Notes under the pieces: generated by a model | What the model was told of the DNA's origin: nothing | What the model saw: the letters and a program-made list of their open reading frames with translations, nothing else | Databases searched by the model: none | From: Narcine bancroftii | Taxonomy: Eukaryota | Reading direction: 5' to 3' | Length of the DNA stretch: 64,000 nt | NCBI RefSeq assembly: GCF_036971445.1 | Contig: NC_091474.1 | Span: forward strand, 208,382,001-208,446,000 | Translations under genes and position numbers: made by a program | Shown: piece by piece, positions 38,401 to 53,141 of the stretch | How positions within the stretch are numbered: position 1 is the stretch's first letter | Layout of the letters: every line of letters starts with the position of its first letter

Positions 38401-39013
38401 CAAGTACACTAAATTACAAGGAAATCTGGTTACAAAGGACTAAGTTACAAAGAAAGCTAGCTAAGAGATGACTATCATGTACAGCTTTTAATACTGTGAA
38501 AACTGAATGCCTGATTTTGTCTGGAAGAGAGTCATCAGATAACAAGGAACAAGGAAAATCCCCAGGGCCATAGGTATCCTGAGCAGATGAGGATTTAAAT
38601 TGATACATATTAAATATTTGTGTCCCAGGAAAGTAGGGAAAAACTACAGTTGTCCAGTATTCCTTTGTTGAAACAATAAAAAAGGAAAAGATAACAAAAG
38701 AGATGGAAAAATGTACAATCCAGAATCCTGCTCGAATATGGTCCTGGATCTGAACCTCTTCATACTAGATACAGGTGTTCAAAGTTTTCTTGACACCTAA
38801 TTTCTCTCAGACTGAGGACTTGAAAGACTTCAGTTTTTGCCATAATTGTTGTGGTCAATCCAAAGAAATAGGTTTGGAGATGGGGCAGCATGTGGGAAGA
38901 TGAAGTAACAACTGCAGACAGCTTCTTCCTCATTAGGTACACTTTGAAAATGCTACACTGATTAGGTTCTTGCAGAAAAGCAAATTGTTCTCACACCTGT
39001 CTCTTGACCTTAC

Positions 39014-39111
39014 CTTGCAAGTTTGTCCATAAATTCAAGAACATTCATCCGCAGAATCTCAAATCTGCTTGGTTTCCTGGATCTTTTTAATTCCTTCATT
39101 TCCATTAAGGT
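39014..39111 (-). CDS. ORC3: ORC3 exon (98 nt)
   Basis: TLMEMKELKRSRKPSRFEILRMNVLEFMDKLA; ttttgcag / gtaagg. Confidence 0.93.
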
Positions 39112-39524
39112 CTGCAAAATCCAGAACAAACAATTGTAGAAAATTATCTGTGATGCAGCTATTGCTCACGACAAACCACTGAAGGCACATGAAGTCTTAT
39201 TGCTTTTTTTTTTTGGCTAGGAACCTTCTTACAAATGTGAACTTTTTGGTTTTAATTAATTAAACCCCATCTTCCACCTCCAATTAAAACCTCAAAGACT
39301 ACTTGGCATTTGCAGCAACTGCAGTTTTATGACTGAAATATAGTTTATTTTGAATGATAGGGGAATTAAGGGTTAAGGGGATCAGGCAGGTCAATGGAGT
39401 CATCCACAGCCAAATCAGTCATGATCTCACTGAATGTCAGAGCAGCTTGATGGGCCAGATTGCCAACTCCTGCTCCTTATGCTTTTATATTGAACAATGA
39501 AATTCCATTAATGTAGTAAACCAA

Positions 39525-40125
39525 AAATCATAGAACACTTCAGCACAGAAACAGGCCATTTGGCCCATGCTGAACTATTTATTCTGCCTAGTTCCATTGA
39601 CTTATACTCAGACCATAGCCCTCCATACCCTTCCCGTCCATACAACTGTCAACATTTATTTTGACTGTCGAAATCAAACCTGCATCCACCACCTTCGCTG
39701 GCAGGTCATTCCACACTCTCACCATCCTGAGTGAAGAAGCTCCCACTAACGTTAAACATTTCATCGCTTAACCCATGATCTCTAATTCTTGCCTCACCCA
39801 AACTCAGTGCAAAGAACCTGTTTATATTCACCCCATCAACGTCTTTCATAATTTTGAATACCTCTATCAAATCTCCCAGAGAATAAAGTCCTATTCAACT
39901 TTTCCCTCCAACTCAGTGCCCCTCAAGTCCCTGTAACATTCTTGTAAATTTTCTCTACACTCTTTTAATCTTATTGATAGCTTTCCTGTCATTAAGTGAC
40001 CAAAATTGCACAAATCTCCAAATTTATCCTCACCAACTTCAACATGAAATTCCAACTGTGTAACTAATACTTTGATTTATGAAGGCAAATATTCCAAAAG
40101 CTTCTGTTTCAATTCTATCGACCTG
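39525..40125 (-). mobile_element. Decayed CR1 LINE 3' part
   Basis: Reverse complement of a CR1 3' end (catagaacacttcagcacagaaacaggcc). Confidence 0.75.
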
Positions 40126-40198
40126 CAAATTTCAATTTTGTAAACTTGATATTTTTATACATTTTGTTTTAAGAACACTGCACAAGGTTTTCAGTATG

Positions 40199-41150
40199 TC
40201 CATTCCGACCACCAATACCATTCATCTGTAGGATCTCCTGCCTGATAATGTTACAGTGGCAAACAGGACATAGAGTTTAAAATGTAGCTGAAGTTGGATA
40301 GTAAAGCTGAAAGCCAACAAGAACAAGAACAACCTCGCACTCAATGTCACCAAAACCAAAGAGATGATTGTTAACTTCAAGAAGGGAAAACCAGAGGCAT
40401 ATAATTTAATGATCACTGGGGGAATCAGAGGTGGAGATGGTGAGTATATTCAAGTTCTTGGCAGTCACTATCTTAGAGGATCCTTCCTGGATCTAACGCA
40501 CTAAAGGCATTGTGAAGAAAGCACGTCAGTGCCTCTACTTCCTCAGGAGTTTGCGGAGGTTTGGTATGACACCAGAAACCCTGGCAAATTTCTACATATG
40601 TGTGATGGAAAGTGTGCTGACTGGCTGCATCACGGTCTGGTATGGAGACATCAATACCCCTGAGCGTAAAGCTCTGCAAAAGGTATTGGACACAGCCCAG
40701 GCCATCACTGGCAAAACCCTCCCCACTATTGAGAACATCTACAGGAAATGCTGCCATCAGAGAGCAACAGCAATCATCAAGGATCCACACCACCCAGCAC
40801 ACGCTCTGTTCTCACTGCTACCATCAAAAAAAAGAGGTACAGGCACCACAAGATTCGCACCACCAGGTTCAGGAACAGCTGGTACCCCTCCACCATTAGA
40901 CTCCTCAACGACAAACTCAATCAGGGACTCATTTAAGGACTCTTACTTGTGCGCTTTTTAAATTTTTTTAAATTTTTCTCTGTATTACACAGTTTGTTTA
41001 CATTTGTAATCAGTTTACAGTTCTCCATTTGTTTACATATGTACATCGTGTAGTTTTTTGGCTCTATCAATAATTAATGCTTTGCCCACAAGGAAAAGAA
41101 CCTCAGTGTTGTATGTGATGTCATGCATGTACTCTGACAATAAATCTGAA
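40199..41150 (+). mobile_element. Rex1/Babar-type LINE 3' part
   Basis: KKARQCLYFLRSLRRFGMTPETLANFY...CITVWYG; same family as 32935-34600. Confidence 0.87.
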
Positions 41151-42889
41151 AGGGGAGGGTAACTGCATGAAGGGATAGAGATAGGTTTTTTTCCACTGAT
41201 GCTGGGCGAGAAGAACTGGAGGGCATGGGTTATGGGCAAAGGTTAAAAGTGAAAGGGCTACATTAGGGGGAACTTCACTCAGAGGGTGGTGAGAGTGTGG
41301 ATCGAGCTGCCAACGGAAGTGGTGGATGTGGATTCGAATTCAATATTTAAAAGATTGAATAGGTACATGAACGGGAGGGGTATGGCGATGAGATAAAATG
41401 GAAAATTATTCAGCACAGACAAGATGGGCCAAAGGGCCAGTTTATGTGCTTCAATGTTCTGTGGAAAGAGAATGAAAGACTTGTGTCTGGAGCCAAAGTA
41501 GCAGGAATGATGCCAAGGATTACTATAGAGCAGCCCAATGGGGATTTGATGGCCCTGCCCATAGACCACATTTAATTAAAAGTTTTCTTTTCACATGTGT
41601 AACATGTTTTTTTTTATGTAATCAGTAGGAGAGAAGTAAGGATGAAAGAAAGTTTACCTGCTTCAGGTAAGGGGAAGGGGCCCCATAAACTTTGAGCAGA
41701 GTCCAACAGGGGCCATAGCTTAAAAAATAGTTTGACAATGGCTGCAAAAGAATATCTATGGGTGTGCAAATCACAGGGATCCATACAAGGGTTTTACTTC
41801 CAATACCATTTAAATTTCACAATAACGGAACATATTCTGCCACATTTCCCCACTGCTGAGAATTAATTGGCAAAATGGAAAACAAAATTCATTTACCGAC
41901 TACATTCGAGAAGGCTCATTAGAACCACACCTAACAAAACCATAAAGAGTCACATGTGTTTCATGTGCTCAGGATGGTTACCCAAAATGAATGGAGCATA
42001 TGGTCAGCTGCAAGAGGCACAGTGAGTAGAGCAGTATCTGTTGGGGAAAAGAACTGTCAATGTGTAAGCTCAATACCTTGCATCAAATCCTGATACACAA
42101 TCTTGGCTCTAAACGTCAACATCCTGCATCAGATGTGAAGCAGAAACATCCTGCACAAGGTGTGAAGCAGAAACATCAGCGATTTGTTCCCCACCCACCC
42201 CGCACTCCCCAAACAGATGCTGTTCTATACTCCAAGTTCCTCCAGCAATTTGAATTTCACTCCAGATTCTAGCGTCTGCAGTCACCGGTGTCTCTTCACA
42301 GGATTAATGTTGGTCCCTTTCCATATGAAAACGAGCAGCTCAACATTGGCTTCATAACTCAGAGCCACCCTAAGCAGGACAGATTCTCAAACTAGAAGGC
42401 TGACAGCATAGAAAGATCAGTTAATTAAAAGAAAACTAACTTGGTGCCTGGAGGAACACCTTTCGTTGCTAACTGCCTGCTGTCAAAAGATGATTGGCTC
42501 TCTTCTTCTACCTCTCATTCTGTCTTTCATCCACACCATTGCTAGACCTACTCCAGAATTGCTCCAGGAGGTTTACACTAGTAGCTCTAAACAAACATCC
42601 AAAACAAAACCTTCATAATTTGGTTACACATACAAAGTTATCTTTAAAAACTTACTGTTCCACTTGCCTCATTTTGTATCAGGCTGTGTTAATTTATTGA
42701 AAATTCTAGCCTTTTGTTAGATTTTTATAATCTTTTTCATAGTTCAATTACTGACACCAGTTATAGAAATTGGATGTGACCATTTCATTAACTGTCACAT
42801 TTGTTTGTTTTAAAAAACATAAACCAGAGTTTGAAAATTGAAAAATGCTATTACAGGAAAGACAATAAAATATTGCTGGAAGATGGAAC

Positions 42890-42984
42890 CTTTTGAAGCT
42901 GGTAAAGGTCTGTCTTCTTCTGGAGTGAGTACTGTGATCTAGCTTTGTGTTCTTCAGTACCTTCAACATTTTCCACAAAAACAT
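42890..42984 (-). CDS. ORC3: ORC3 exon (95 nt)
   Basis: (D)VFVENVEGTEEHKARSQYSLQKKTDLYQLQK; phases fit both neighbours; donor gttcca is weak. Confidence 0.88.
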
Positions 42985-43429
42985 CTATGAAAAATAATAA
43001 AAAGTTTAATAGGCATTTTTTTCCAAGAAAATTTGTTGAAGCAATACCCTTGAGACAAAGGGGAACAACAAGAAAATAGAATGCCTCCATGGATATATAT
43101 AAACCAAATATCATCTCTTTACCAAACCACTGTTGACAACTTATTTCAGACTCATTATGCTGGAGATGAAGTTGATATCACATCAAAAAGAAAAAACAAA
43201 ATCATCCGTAGATAGTTTCTTCCGTTCCTGAGAAACAAACAGATCAATCTTTGAAAACTCTGGGTGACTCCAAGAACTTTAGATTAATTCCAGCATCCCT
43301 AAAAGATAGTCTTTAAGAGATTTTTTTTTTTTTAAAGTGCTTTTCCTTCATTTTATTTGAACATTTTAAGGAGAAAGTCAGATAAACACAAGAGAATAGA
43401 GAAATAAGAAGGTTATCTGAGATTACATT

Positions 43430-44205
43430 AAGATATAGATGAATTGGGAAAATGAGCCAAGGAATGGAATTCAACTCGGAAAAGTGTGGAGCATTGCATT
43501 TTGGGACGTTAATCCAGGACAGAGTTTACAAGGTGAATGGTAGGGCCCTGGGGAGTGTTGAACACAGGCACTTCAGGGAACAGGTACGTAGTTCCATGAA
43601 AGTGGCAATATAGATAGGCAGTGTAATTATCAATTTGCAATTCATGCTTGCCTTCTTTAGTCAGGCATTTAGTACACAATCAGAGATCTCATGTTATAGC
43701 TGCCAAGATATTGACGAGACCGCATTTAGAAGATTGTGTGCAGTTTTAATCACTCAACTGTAGAAGATAGCAGTAAGCAGGAAAAAATTACAGAAAAGAT
43801 TCATGAGACTGGTAAACTTGAATTATAAAGAAGGGCTGGTTTGGTTTGGGATTTTCTCCCTGGAGCACAAGAGGCCTGAGAGCAAGGTAAGGTAAATCGC
43901 CATAACCTTTTTACCCAGGATAGGGGAATCTAAAACTAGAAGGTATAGACTTAAGATGGAGGGAAAGATTTAAAAGGAATTTGAGGGGCACCTCCTTCAC
44001 ACAGTGGTTGATGGATATATGGGATAAGCTGATAGAGCAAGTGGTAGTTATGTGGACAACTGCAACATTCAAAATACATTTAGACAGGTGCATGAATAGG
44101 AAAGATTTAGAAGGATATGGGTCAAACAGAGGCAAATGGAACTAGTTTGGTTGCCTTGGAAAAGTTGGGTTGAAGGGCTGTTTCCAGGTTGAAAAAGTCT
44201 ATGAC
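43430..44205 (+). mobile_element. Decayed CR1 LINE
   Basis: atggaattcaactcggaaaagtgtgg...ttgcattttggg and a CR1-type 3' region. Confidence 0.75.
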
Positions 44206-44829
44206 AAGGGACTAAATATGGTTCACAAAAGCAGTAAGTTAAGAGGTTTGTGTAGAGCTTGAATTTATTTATCCAGCCACTAATTAAGTGGCCTGTTTCT
44301 AAGCTTATCAATAGAATTATTAAATCTTGTTTATAAATGATAAAATATTAGAAATGAAGAGGATTTTGAGGCAGACAAAAGAAAAGTATAACTTCCTTGA
44401 AAATGCCTCCAATCTCAGTTTGCAATTTGATACACATTGAAGGGCCCAAAAGATTTCCATTCTAAGTTCTCATTTGTCTGAAATTAGAAATCAAGTTTCC
44501 CGAACAGTTATCAAGACCACTTGCACATGAGGAGAGGCAATTAAAAAAAAATGAAAGGGTCTCATGAACAGAGGGGTTTGCAGACAAAAATGTTCAAAGT
44601 TGCCATGATTATGAGATCATTAAATATGAAAGTTTGGGATCCTTAGCAAATTAGAAGTGGGATACAAAATCAAGGATGTTATCATTATCCTTTCTACATC
44701 AGTGTTTAGCTGATATAATTTTCGGAAAAATTTAATGATCTTTCATCTGGAGAATTCAGGTAAAATTTACTTGAATAATAGTAGGTATAAGGTTTGACAT
44801 TTAAAAAGAACCTTTAAAAAAGGGAAGTT

Positions 44830-45230
44830 CAGCACAACTCCAATTATCCGAAATGCTCGGGACCGGGCCCCTTTCGGATAAAAGTTTTTTTCCGGATAAC
44901 TGGTCATTTTTTTTAAAAAAAACAGCCCGGCAGCAATAGCAAATTACTTGTAACAGTGTTTATACAACAACAAACAAGAAGGTAAGGCTTTTTAAGCATT
45001 AAAATAAAGTTTAATTCTCATCAAAAAAAAATGATGCCCACTGCCAATCACCGAAACTTACCTACTGAGTCCCCGCTTGTGCTGGGAGCCCCGTCTTGCC
45101 CAGGGGCTCTGTCCGCTGCTGCCGCTGCCGGGAGCCTGATGTCCCCGGTCAGTTCAGCTCTGAAAAGATTTTGGATAAATGAGGATTTCAGATATCCTCG
45201 TTTATCCAAAATTTTTTAAAACTTGTGCTG
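44830..45230. mobile_element. Tc1/mariner (Tigger-like) MITE
   Basis: cagcacaa / ttgtgctg termini, TA on the right, repeated ttatcc/ggataa subterminal motifs. Confidence 0.6.
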
Positions 45231-45413
45231 TATATGTGGAAAGATGGAAACAAACACAATGCCATGGGGTAAGTGTAGGGATGTAGGACTACTTAAATTT
45301 ATTGAAAAAAGACTGAATGAGTGACTACTCTTTATACAGCTAGAACACAAAGGTTTGAATTCCATAACGATTCTACAGAACAGATCTTGATCTGGCCCAT
45401 GCTTGGCACATAC

Positions 45414-45547
45414 CATCTAGTTTCTGAAACTTCGCAAGGAAATCTTCCAATGTTTTTATGGCTTGGGTGAGAGATTCATGCTCGGAAGCTTGCAATACTT
45501 CTATGCATTTCTGAAGTAGACATACGAGTTCATCCTTTGCCATCATA
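45414..45547 (-). CDS. ORC3: ORC3 exon (134 nt)
   Basis: MMAKDELVCLLQKCIEVLQASEHESLTQAIKTLEDFLAKFQKLD; AG/GT bounded. Confidence 0.93.
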
Positions 45548-46140
45548 CTGCAACAGATCAAAGTAGTTAATTGCCCCACAAATTCAATAAACCAGAAATA
45601 TGCACTTTCTCCATCTCACATAGGAGCACATAATAATTGATCTGATACACTTTTTCCCCTTATTTGCAGACGCTGATAGCCCCACATCGGGGAATGCCTT
45701 GGTTCCATCATTACCACAACTGCAGCATGGAAATATCATGTGACAACAGATTAAAAAAGCACTGTGGGCTGCTGCAGGCGATGCTCTTGTCTTGCAGCTC
45801 CAGTGACTGGGGTTTCTTAATAACTGCTTGTGACATTTGCATATTCTCTCCACAACTGCCTGGAATTCCTCCCAGGTGTTTTGATTTCCTCCTTCATCCC
45901 CAAACCAGGTTCATTGGTTATTATAAATTACCATAGTGTAGGTGGATGATAGAAAATCAGGGGGGCATTTATGAGCATGAGAGAGAGAGAATAGGCAACA
46001 GGGAAACAAGTAGGGAAATGGGACTGATGAGATCATTTCAAAAGCCAGCAGAGACAACCCAGGCCCAATGGCCTTCTACATCTAATAAAAAAGAGACGTG
46101 GAAGAGAAGAGAAATGCTCCAGCTGCAAGGATGTCATACA

Positions 46141-47738
46141 CGATTAGAGAATTCTTATGGAAGGGAAAATTTCCGAGAGTAGCAATGAGAAAATTGACGT
46201 GGGATTTTCAATTTGGAGGTTTAAGATTACCAAATTTTCAGCATTATTACGAAGCAGCTCAATTCAAATTTCTTAGTGCATTAATGAATATGGACGACCC
46301 ACCTAGTTGGGTAAAGATAGAAATGGCGGTTATTTTAGAAAAATTTCCTCATGAGTTTTTGTTTCGATGGAATAAAAATTTATTACGAACTTATGATGTA
46401 CCAATATTGAAACATTTATTGAATTTATGGACAAGTAAACTTAAAAAATTGGGACTTAAAAATATATATTCTGGAAGATTGCCATTATATAATAATCAAC
46501 TTGTTCCTTTTACGGTCTCCAATGCCACTTTGAAACAATGGGAAAAGAAGAGAATAAAAAAATTATCTGATTGTTTTTCTGAGGGTTGTTTTTGTTCCTT
46601 TGACGAATTACAAAGGAAATATGGTATTAGTGCAAATTCTATATTTGTGTATTATCAATTAAGATCTTTTGTAAAACAGTTATGTGGTCGACATATGATT
46701 TTATTGCCTGAATCTAGTTTTGAAGAATATGTACTTTCAATACCAAAAAATGGATATATATCTGATTTGTATTGTATTTTACAAGAAATTGATAGTAAAA
46801 AAGACTGGGATAAAGATAAGTTGAAATGGGAAAAAGATTTAGGAAATAAAATAGCTGAATAAGCTTGGATGGAAATTTGTCAGAATAGTATTCGGAAATT
46901 AATTAATGCTAGACTAGCGATGATTAATTATAATTTTATTCACCAGCTATATTTAACGCCGGAGAAATTAAAAAAATTTGGTCTTAGTAAGTTGGATTCT
47001 TGTTTTCGATGTGATCAGACGGCCAATACTTTTTTGCATACTGTTTGGCTTTGTGATCGATTGCAACAGTTTTGGAAAGGTATTCAATCTATTTTTAACA
47101 GTTTATATAATATCCATCTTGTATTAGATCCCGATATATTTTTATTAGGGAACATGAAATCATTAATTGATTTAGGTTTAGAGGATTATCAGATTTCCTT
47201 TATCTATTTAGCTTTAGTCGTGGCTAAGAAATGTATAGCACTTACTTGGAAAGCTAGAAATATACTAACTTTAGATAAGTGGTATTTGGAAATGAAATTT
47301 TGTTTGACTATGGAAAGGATATCTTTTTCAATTCAGGATAAGATGTCTTTTTATAAGTTAAAGTGGTCTCCGTTTGCTAATTATATGCATTTAAGTTTGA
47401 TTTAAATATATGTTTAAGCGTGATATTTTAGTATTGACAATTTTTTTTGTTGTTAGAATTTTTTTTAGGTTAAGTTTTATCTCTTTTTTTGTAAGTGGGT
47501 ATTTTTTTCTATATAATATTGTTAATTTTATTAACTCTTCACTCTTTATTTTGGGGGGAGGGTTGGACTAATTTTAAGTTAGACTATTAATATTGTGTTA
47601 CAATTAACAGGGGGGGTTATTTTGTGTAGTTTTCTGATGTAATATTGTAATCATACCATTTTAATTTTTTTTTAAATTTTTCTTTAAATGTAATTCTCTA
47701 TTGTATTCATGTTATAAAATTTTAAATAAAGTCTTCAG
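46141..47738 (+). mobile_element. 5'-truncated L1-clade LINE (ORF2 C-terminus and 3' UTR)
   Basis: GGLRLPNF motif, zinc knuckle CFRC...FLHTVWLC, one in-frame stop at 46860-46862; 13-bp TSD aggatgtcataca (46128-46140, 47739-47751). Confidence 0.92.
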
Positions 47739-49148
47739 AGGATGTCATACAATGGGAGGGTGACCCCACAATGCCAAGAAGCTGCTGCTAACCCTCCTTA
47801 TCAGAGGCCAACAAACTGCCTCCCTCAACCTCCATCCAGTGGGAAAATACTTAAAAAGCAATCTCACTACTGGAAGCAGCTCCTGCAAACATTTCCTGTA
47901 CCAAATAATCTACTGGCTTGAAGATCTTAAAATAATTTTAAAAATGAACCTCACTGCCAGGTTCAGACCACACACAAAATAGAAGTGCAAAGCCTTATTT
48001 TCCACCTAGCCAGACAGCATCAATCTCAATTTCTGATAACCTCCCCCCTTGCTTTTTGACTCTCCCCCTTGCTTTCCAATCCATCTGGCACTTTTCCTTC
48101 TATTTCTGCTCCCCCACCCTCTCGACCTGCCAATCACCCGCACCTTCCTTCGAGCTCACACCTCTTTCCCTTCTTTCCATGATCCTCTGTCCTTTATCAG
48201 AGTGCACCTTCCTTAGCCCTCTTCCTCCTAGCTTTTAACATTATTCCCATTTCTTTCCCCAGCCATCCTTCATCATCCACTCATATCCACATCACTTGCC
48301 ATCTTATGGTCCTCGCCCTTTTTCATTCTGGCTTCTAATTGGCTCCTGTCTGACCCACTGTGTTCCTCCAGCATTTTGTGTGTTGCTTCAGTTTTCCAAC
48401 ATCTTCAGCCTTTCCCGTTTCAAAGTTCAGATTACAGTTAAAACAGATGTGGAACCAGGCAATGAAACAATATGGAAACCTCATCCAGGGGATTTCTGCT
48501 AATTATAAAGCAGCCATTCTGTAAATAAAATGGTCGAAGCAGGAAGATCTACAGTCATACATGGGCAACATCATCAACATTTTGATTCGGAAAACACTTT
48601 TACAGCATCAGCTTTCCAGGTTCAAATCCGCCGTGGTCTGAAAAGATCTTGTACCTTCTCCAGTGACTTGCATAGGTTTCCTCCCACCCTCCAAATACAT
48701 ACAAGGTTGGTAGGTTAATTGGTTACATGGGTGTACTTGGGCAGCATGGACCAAAAGGGACTATAAAGTGCTGTATCTTTAGATTAATAGATTAATTATT
48801 GTTATGGAATTCCTCTTATGAAGGGACTAAATGAATGTAGCATTTAAGAAGATGGACAAAACCATGAGAGGGAAAGGGGAAGAAGAAACATATTATATGC
48901 TGCTGCAGGTTAGGTTTGAAGGGGCGATAACGATATGGACCAGTTCAACTGAATTCCTTCTTACTCTACATTCTATGCACCGAGGACACCTATAATTACT
49001 GAGCATCGACCAAAAAGTTCAGGAGGTGATTTTACTACTACATAAGCAATAAAGTTATGGCTTGGGATATATGAAGTTCCGCATCATAATCAGGTTCTTA
49101 AACAGGCTAAAATAGCTGAGGCACACAATCAGTCCCCACCATAATTAC

Positions 49149-49228
49149 CCGAGCAGTTGGAATGCAGAAGTGTAGTCCTCAAGTTCCCATATGTTCGACT
49201 CTAAACATGTGATGTAGAGTTCTCTAAT
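49149..49228 (-). CDS. ORC3: ORC3 exon (80 nt)
   Basis: IRELYITCLESNIWELEDYTSAFQLL; AG/GT bounded. Confidence 0.95.
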
Positions 49229-51612
49229 CTGTGGAGATACACAAGTCATCCATAAATTGGATAGAAGTCAACAAAATAAAGAACAAAAAAAACATAGCAC
49301 TTTTAAAATAGGACCTTAAAGCCTCATTAATTTCAATGACAACTGAAGAGGCCACAGCTTCCATTTGTATTCTTCTTTGGGGAGAAATTGTTAACCCTGT
49401 GCACCTTTTGGTCCTTAATAAAGGAGTATACTTCTGGTATAGAAAATATCTGCAAATTAAATGCTTTGGTTTCTGCTTCAGGACTTTAAATTGAATTTCC
49501 AGGCTTATGTTTCATACTTCCCTAGACTGTTCAAAATGCCTAAATAATTGCTCCCTGGGCAAGTTTTCCTCTATTTACAATGACAAAAAGAAAATAAAAG
49601 TTTTGAAGAGTTTTCTATCCCTATAATTCCACACACATCCAGCACAGAATGAAATAAACTTGCTAGCCGTGACCCAAATCGTGGCTGCCTCGATGCACAG
49701 CTGGATCAGTAGCATTTGGTGAACAGAGAGGATGACTGCAGACTTTCCTTATGTAATATACCATAAATCAAGTGAAACAAAAACACCATGATTGTAATAC
49801 AATTCCATTTATGGAGTACATACAATTTTGTTTTCAAATGCATAAAAACAAAATACACACCGACTTTAAAACAATGAACACAACATTGCCATATTCAATG
49901 TTTACTCCAGGAAACAATACAAAATTTACACTTGACTTTCAAAGGTTACTGATTCTCTCTTACACGGAATAAAAGTCACACTCATCAATGCCTTTTCCTG
50001 ATTCTTTCACATTAATTGCTTTATAATATTTAACATAATCAGGAAATGTACCTAGCCAACAATGAAGAAATTATCCAAGTAGTCCTGTTCAGAAAAAAAA
50101 CCTAGAGACAATTCCAGTTTACTTTTAAACATCAGGAAAATGATGAAAGGCACTGTGGGCCGGCCTCACCAATAACCTGCTTATGGAGTTCACAGTACCA
50201 GAATTCTCCAGATTTCAGAACCCTGGTCTGAACATGGAAGAAAGAACTGAATACCAGATGCAAGGTGGGTGTAGCTTGTCTCGACATCAAGACAGCATCA
50301 AGTGCAACATTAATGCGTCTTAATAAAATTAAAAAGTCAATGGATGTCAAGGGGAAAACGCTTCAATGATTTGGGCAAAACAAGAAATTCTGCAGAAGCT
50401 ATTTTTGTAATAAATAGACAAAATTGTTAGAGAAACTCAGCAGATCCTGCAGCGTTCATTGGAGGTCAAGTTCAAAGGACTCAGGCCTGAAACATTAATT
50501 ATACATTTTCTTCCTACGGACACTGTGGGTCTTGCTAAGTTTCTCCAGCAATCCAATGACTTAAATCATATCTCGCATAAAAGATGGTTGTAGGTCAATC
50601 ATCCCAACCCTAGGACTTCTCTGCAGGAATTCGACAGGGATCTCTCCAAGATCCAATCACCTTCAGTTGATTGGCATTAAAAGCTGGATGCTTTGTCTTT
50701 ACAGTGCAGGTCATCCTGACCCTTCATTCATTTTGCCACCGGTAGAGAGTGACTGCAGTCTGAAATGCTGCAAAATGCATTGCAGTTTTTTGCCTTGACT
50801 TGCTCTGTATCTTCCATGCAGACAACTTCCATTATCAAGCACAGGTGCACGAGAGCATCATCTTCTCTCCACCTTCAAGTTCCCCATTTAGTTGTTAACC
50901 TTCGGATTCAGAAATAAATCACCATTTCATCATTGCTGTATCCAAATCTCAGAACACCCTATTCGACTGCACTCTATTCAAGGTGGCAGCCCACTGCTAC
51001 TTTTCAAGACCAATTAAGATTATGCAATAAATCCTGGCCTTGCGAACAATGCAAGGATCAAATAAACAATGCACATTGTAGAATTGTGGAGGCATGTCTT
51101 ACAATATTGATTATCTAAAACTTAAGTTCAGCGATTCACCTAGTGGGTGAAATACATCTTCTGAAACTAAATATCAATTATGACAATGATTTATTTCGCC
51201 GTGCAACCCCCCCCCCCCCCCCACCCACAGAAGGTGGAGCATTCAAAACACCAGCCTCACTGGAAATTATATCAATCAGCAAATCTGCTCACAGCTGGCA
51301 AAAACTGTTTCACTAATGAGAAAAAAATTGGCTCTTGAGGGGACAACTATACATCCCAAGGTTCCTCTATTACCTTATGGTTATTGTATTATGAGGATAA
51401 ACTGGATGGTTTCCTTTGTGACAGAACAGCATAAAATTCAGGGAAATAAATAGCAAGTCAGCTTCTTCAATTTGGACCAATATCACTCATTCAATTGGCC
51501 TTCACCTTCCTCTAACAAAATGCCTTTAAAGCATTTTATTATCTTCAGACAGGCAAAAGAATAACTTATTTCTGGTTGAGTTTTTACAGATATTACAAAA
51601 GTGAGCACGCAC

Positions 51613-51729
51613 CTGTCTACCCAACGGATACTTTGGAAGTGAAGATGCAAGAATGTGCAAGCATTTCAGGACAGGAAAGTAATTCTTGTGGTAAACATGA
51701 AGGCTCGACAACAGCGTTTCTGTAACAGT
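51613..51729 (-). CDS. ORC3: ORC3 exon (117 nt)
   Basis: [39 protein letters not shown]; AG/GT bounded. Confidence 0.96.
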
Positions 51730-53077
51730 CTGCAAAATTTGATAGTCAAATCAAAAAAATGACCTCTTACGACTTGATTAAATAAATTGAAAATTAAATA
51801 CAACATAATTTTAATGATGCTCAAGGCATCTTGAAGGGATTCATTTTGGAATATTCGATGGTATCACTTGGACCAATGTTCAACATCTTTGCAAATCAAG
51901 AAACAAAGTTCATACTTTTTATTTTAAAAAATTACCAAGAATTGTATTTGAAATGGCAGATTTTTATTTCAGATAAATATAGGTAATGGGTTGGTCATAA
52001 AATCGATTAACCAAAACACTCTAGCAATTCACTGGTCACTTCATTCCTATCTTTGTCATGGTAATCCTAAACTAACCCCACTGCTCTACATTCTCCACAA
52101 AAGTTGGATCCTTATCTATCCAAATTGTTTTAAACAATAATTTATCTCTACAATTCATTGTGGCAAACATGCTGATCATAAATAACCTCTTGTTTTAAAA
52201 AAAAAGATGAATTACTTGCCTATCCTTTTCTCTGATCAATTAAAAATAATTTTTCAGTGGATGAGCATCAATAAAGGTTAAGTTTCTATCCAATTTATCA
52301 AATCTCTTTCTGACATTAAAAATCTCTCATTACTTCTTTCATTTCTGCCTTGACAGAAATAGCTTTGGTAAACCAAATTTTGTCTTTGTCTCTATATCCC
52401 TTCCTTGGCACCATCTTGTGAATCTTCCTTTGATCTTTACGGTTTTACCTATACTGCTGCACACACAAGTAAATTGTAGCTCAACTCTATACATGTTTAT
52501 TATTGCTTCACGGTTCAATTTGAGCAAATCTTTATGATGCCATAATGATCGACATCCAGAACCTCACCCTTTTAAAATACTGATCTTTTTTAATCAGGTA
52601 AATTTAAGGAGACATTGACATTGTATATCTGCTCGCAACTTATACTGGGGAGAACAGTAGTATTTTGGATGAGGAAAAGAAATAGGTGAATTGTAATATT
52701 TTACTATAATTGTACAAGAAAAGCAGTGATTGAAATTCTAGTCGGTAAATTGAATTTGAGAAGATTGCTGAAGGTGGTAAAGGTAAAGAAAAAGGGATAT
52801 TAGGAGAGATTTCCAGAGCAAAGAAGCTGAAGCCTCCATTAGAAAAGATGGATTGAAGGTGGGGATTTATTAAAAAGCCAGAGTTAATAGATTGAAAGAT
52901 ACCAGTAGATAGAAAGGTCAGGAGAAATCTGAAGAGGTTGTAAGAGTTTTGAAAGTGACAAGGAATATAAATTCAATGCACTCTGTGGCAAGAGTTAATA
53001 TATATCAGCAAAGATGAGTATGTTTTTTTTTGTGTGATCACATCAAATTTGGAACACGCAGCAACAAATGGAATTAC

Positions 53078-53141
53078 CTTTAAATTCTGGTCATTAGTCA
53101 AAAGTTCAACCTGCTTCTTTGCATCTTGACGATCAACGTAA
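53078..53141 (-). CDS. ORC3: ORC3 exon (64 nt)
   Basis: YVDRQDAKKQVELLTNDQNLK; ttttag / gtaatt; phases fit. Confidence 0.92.
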
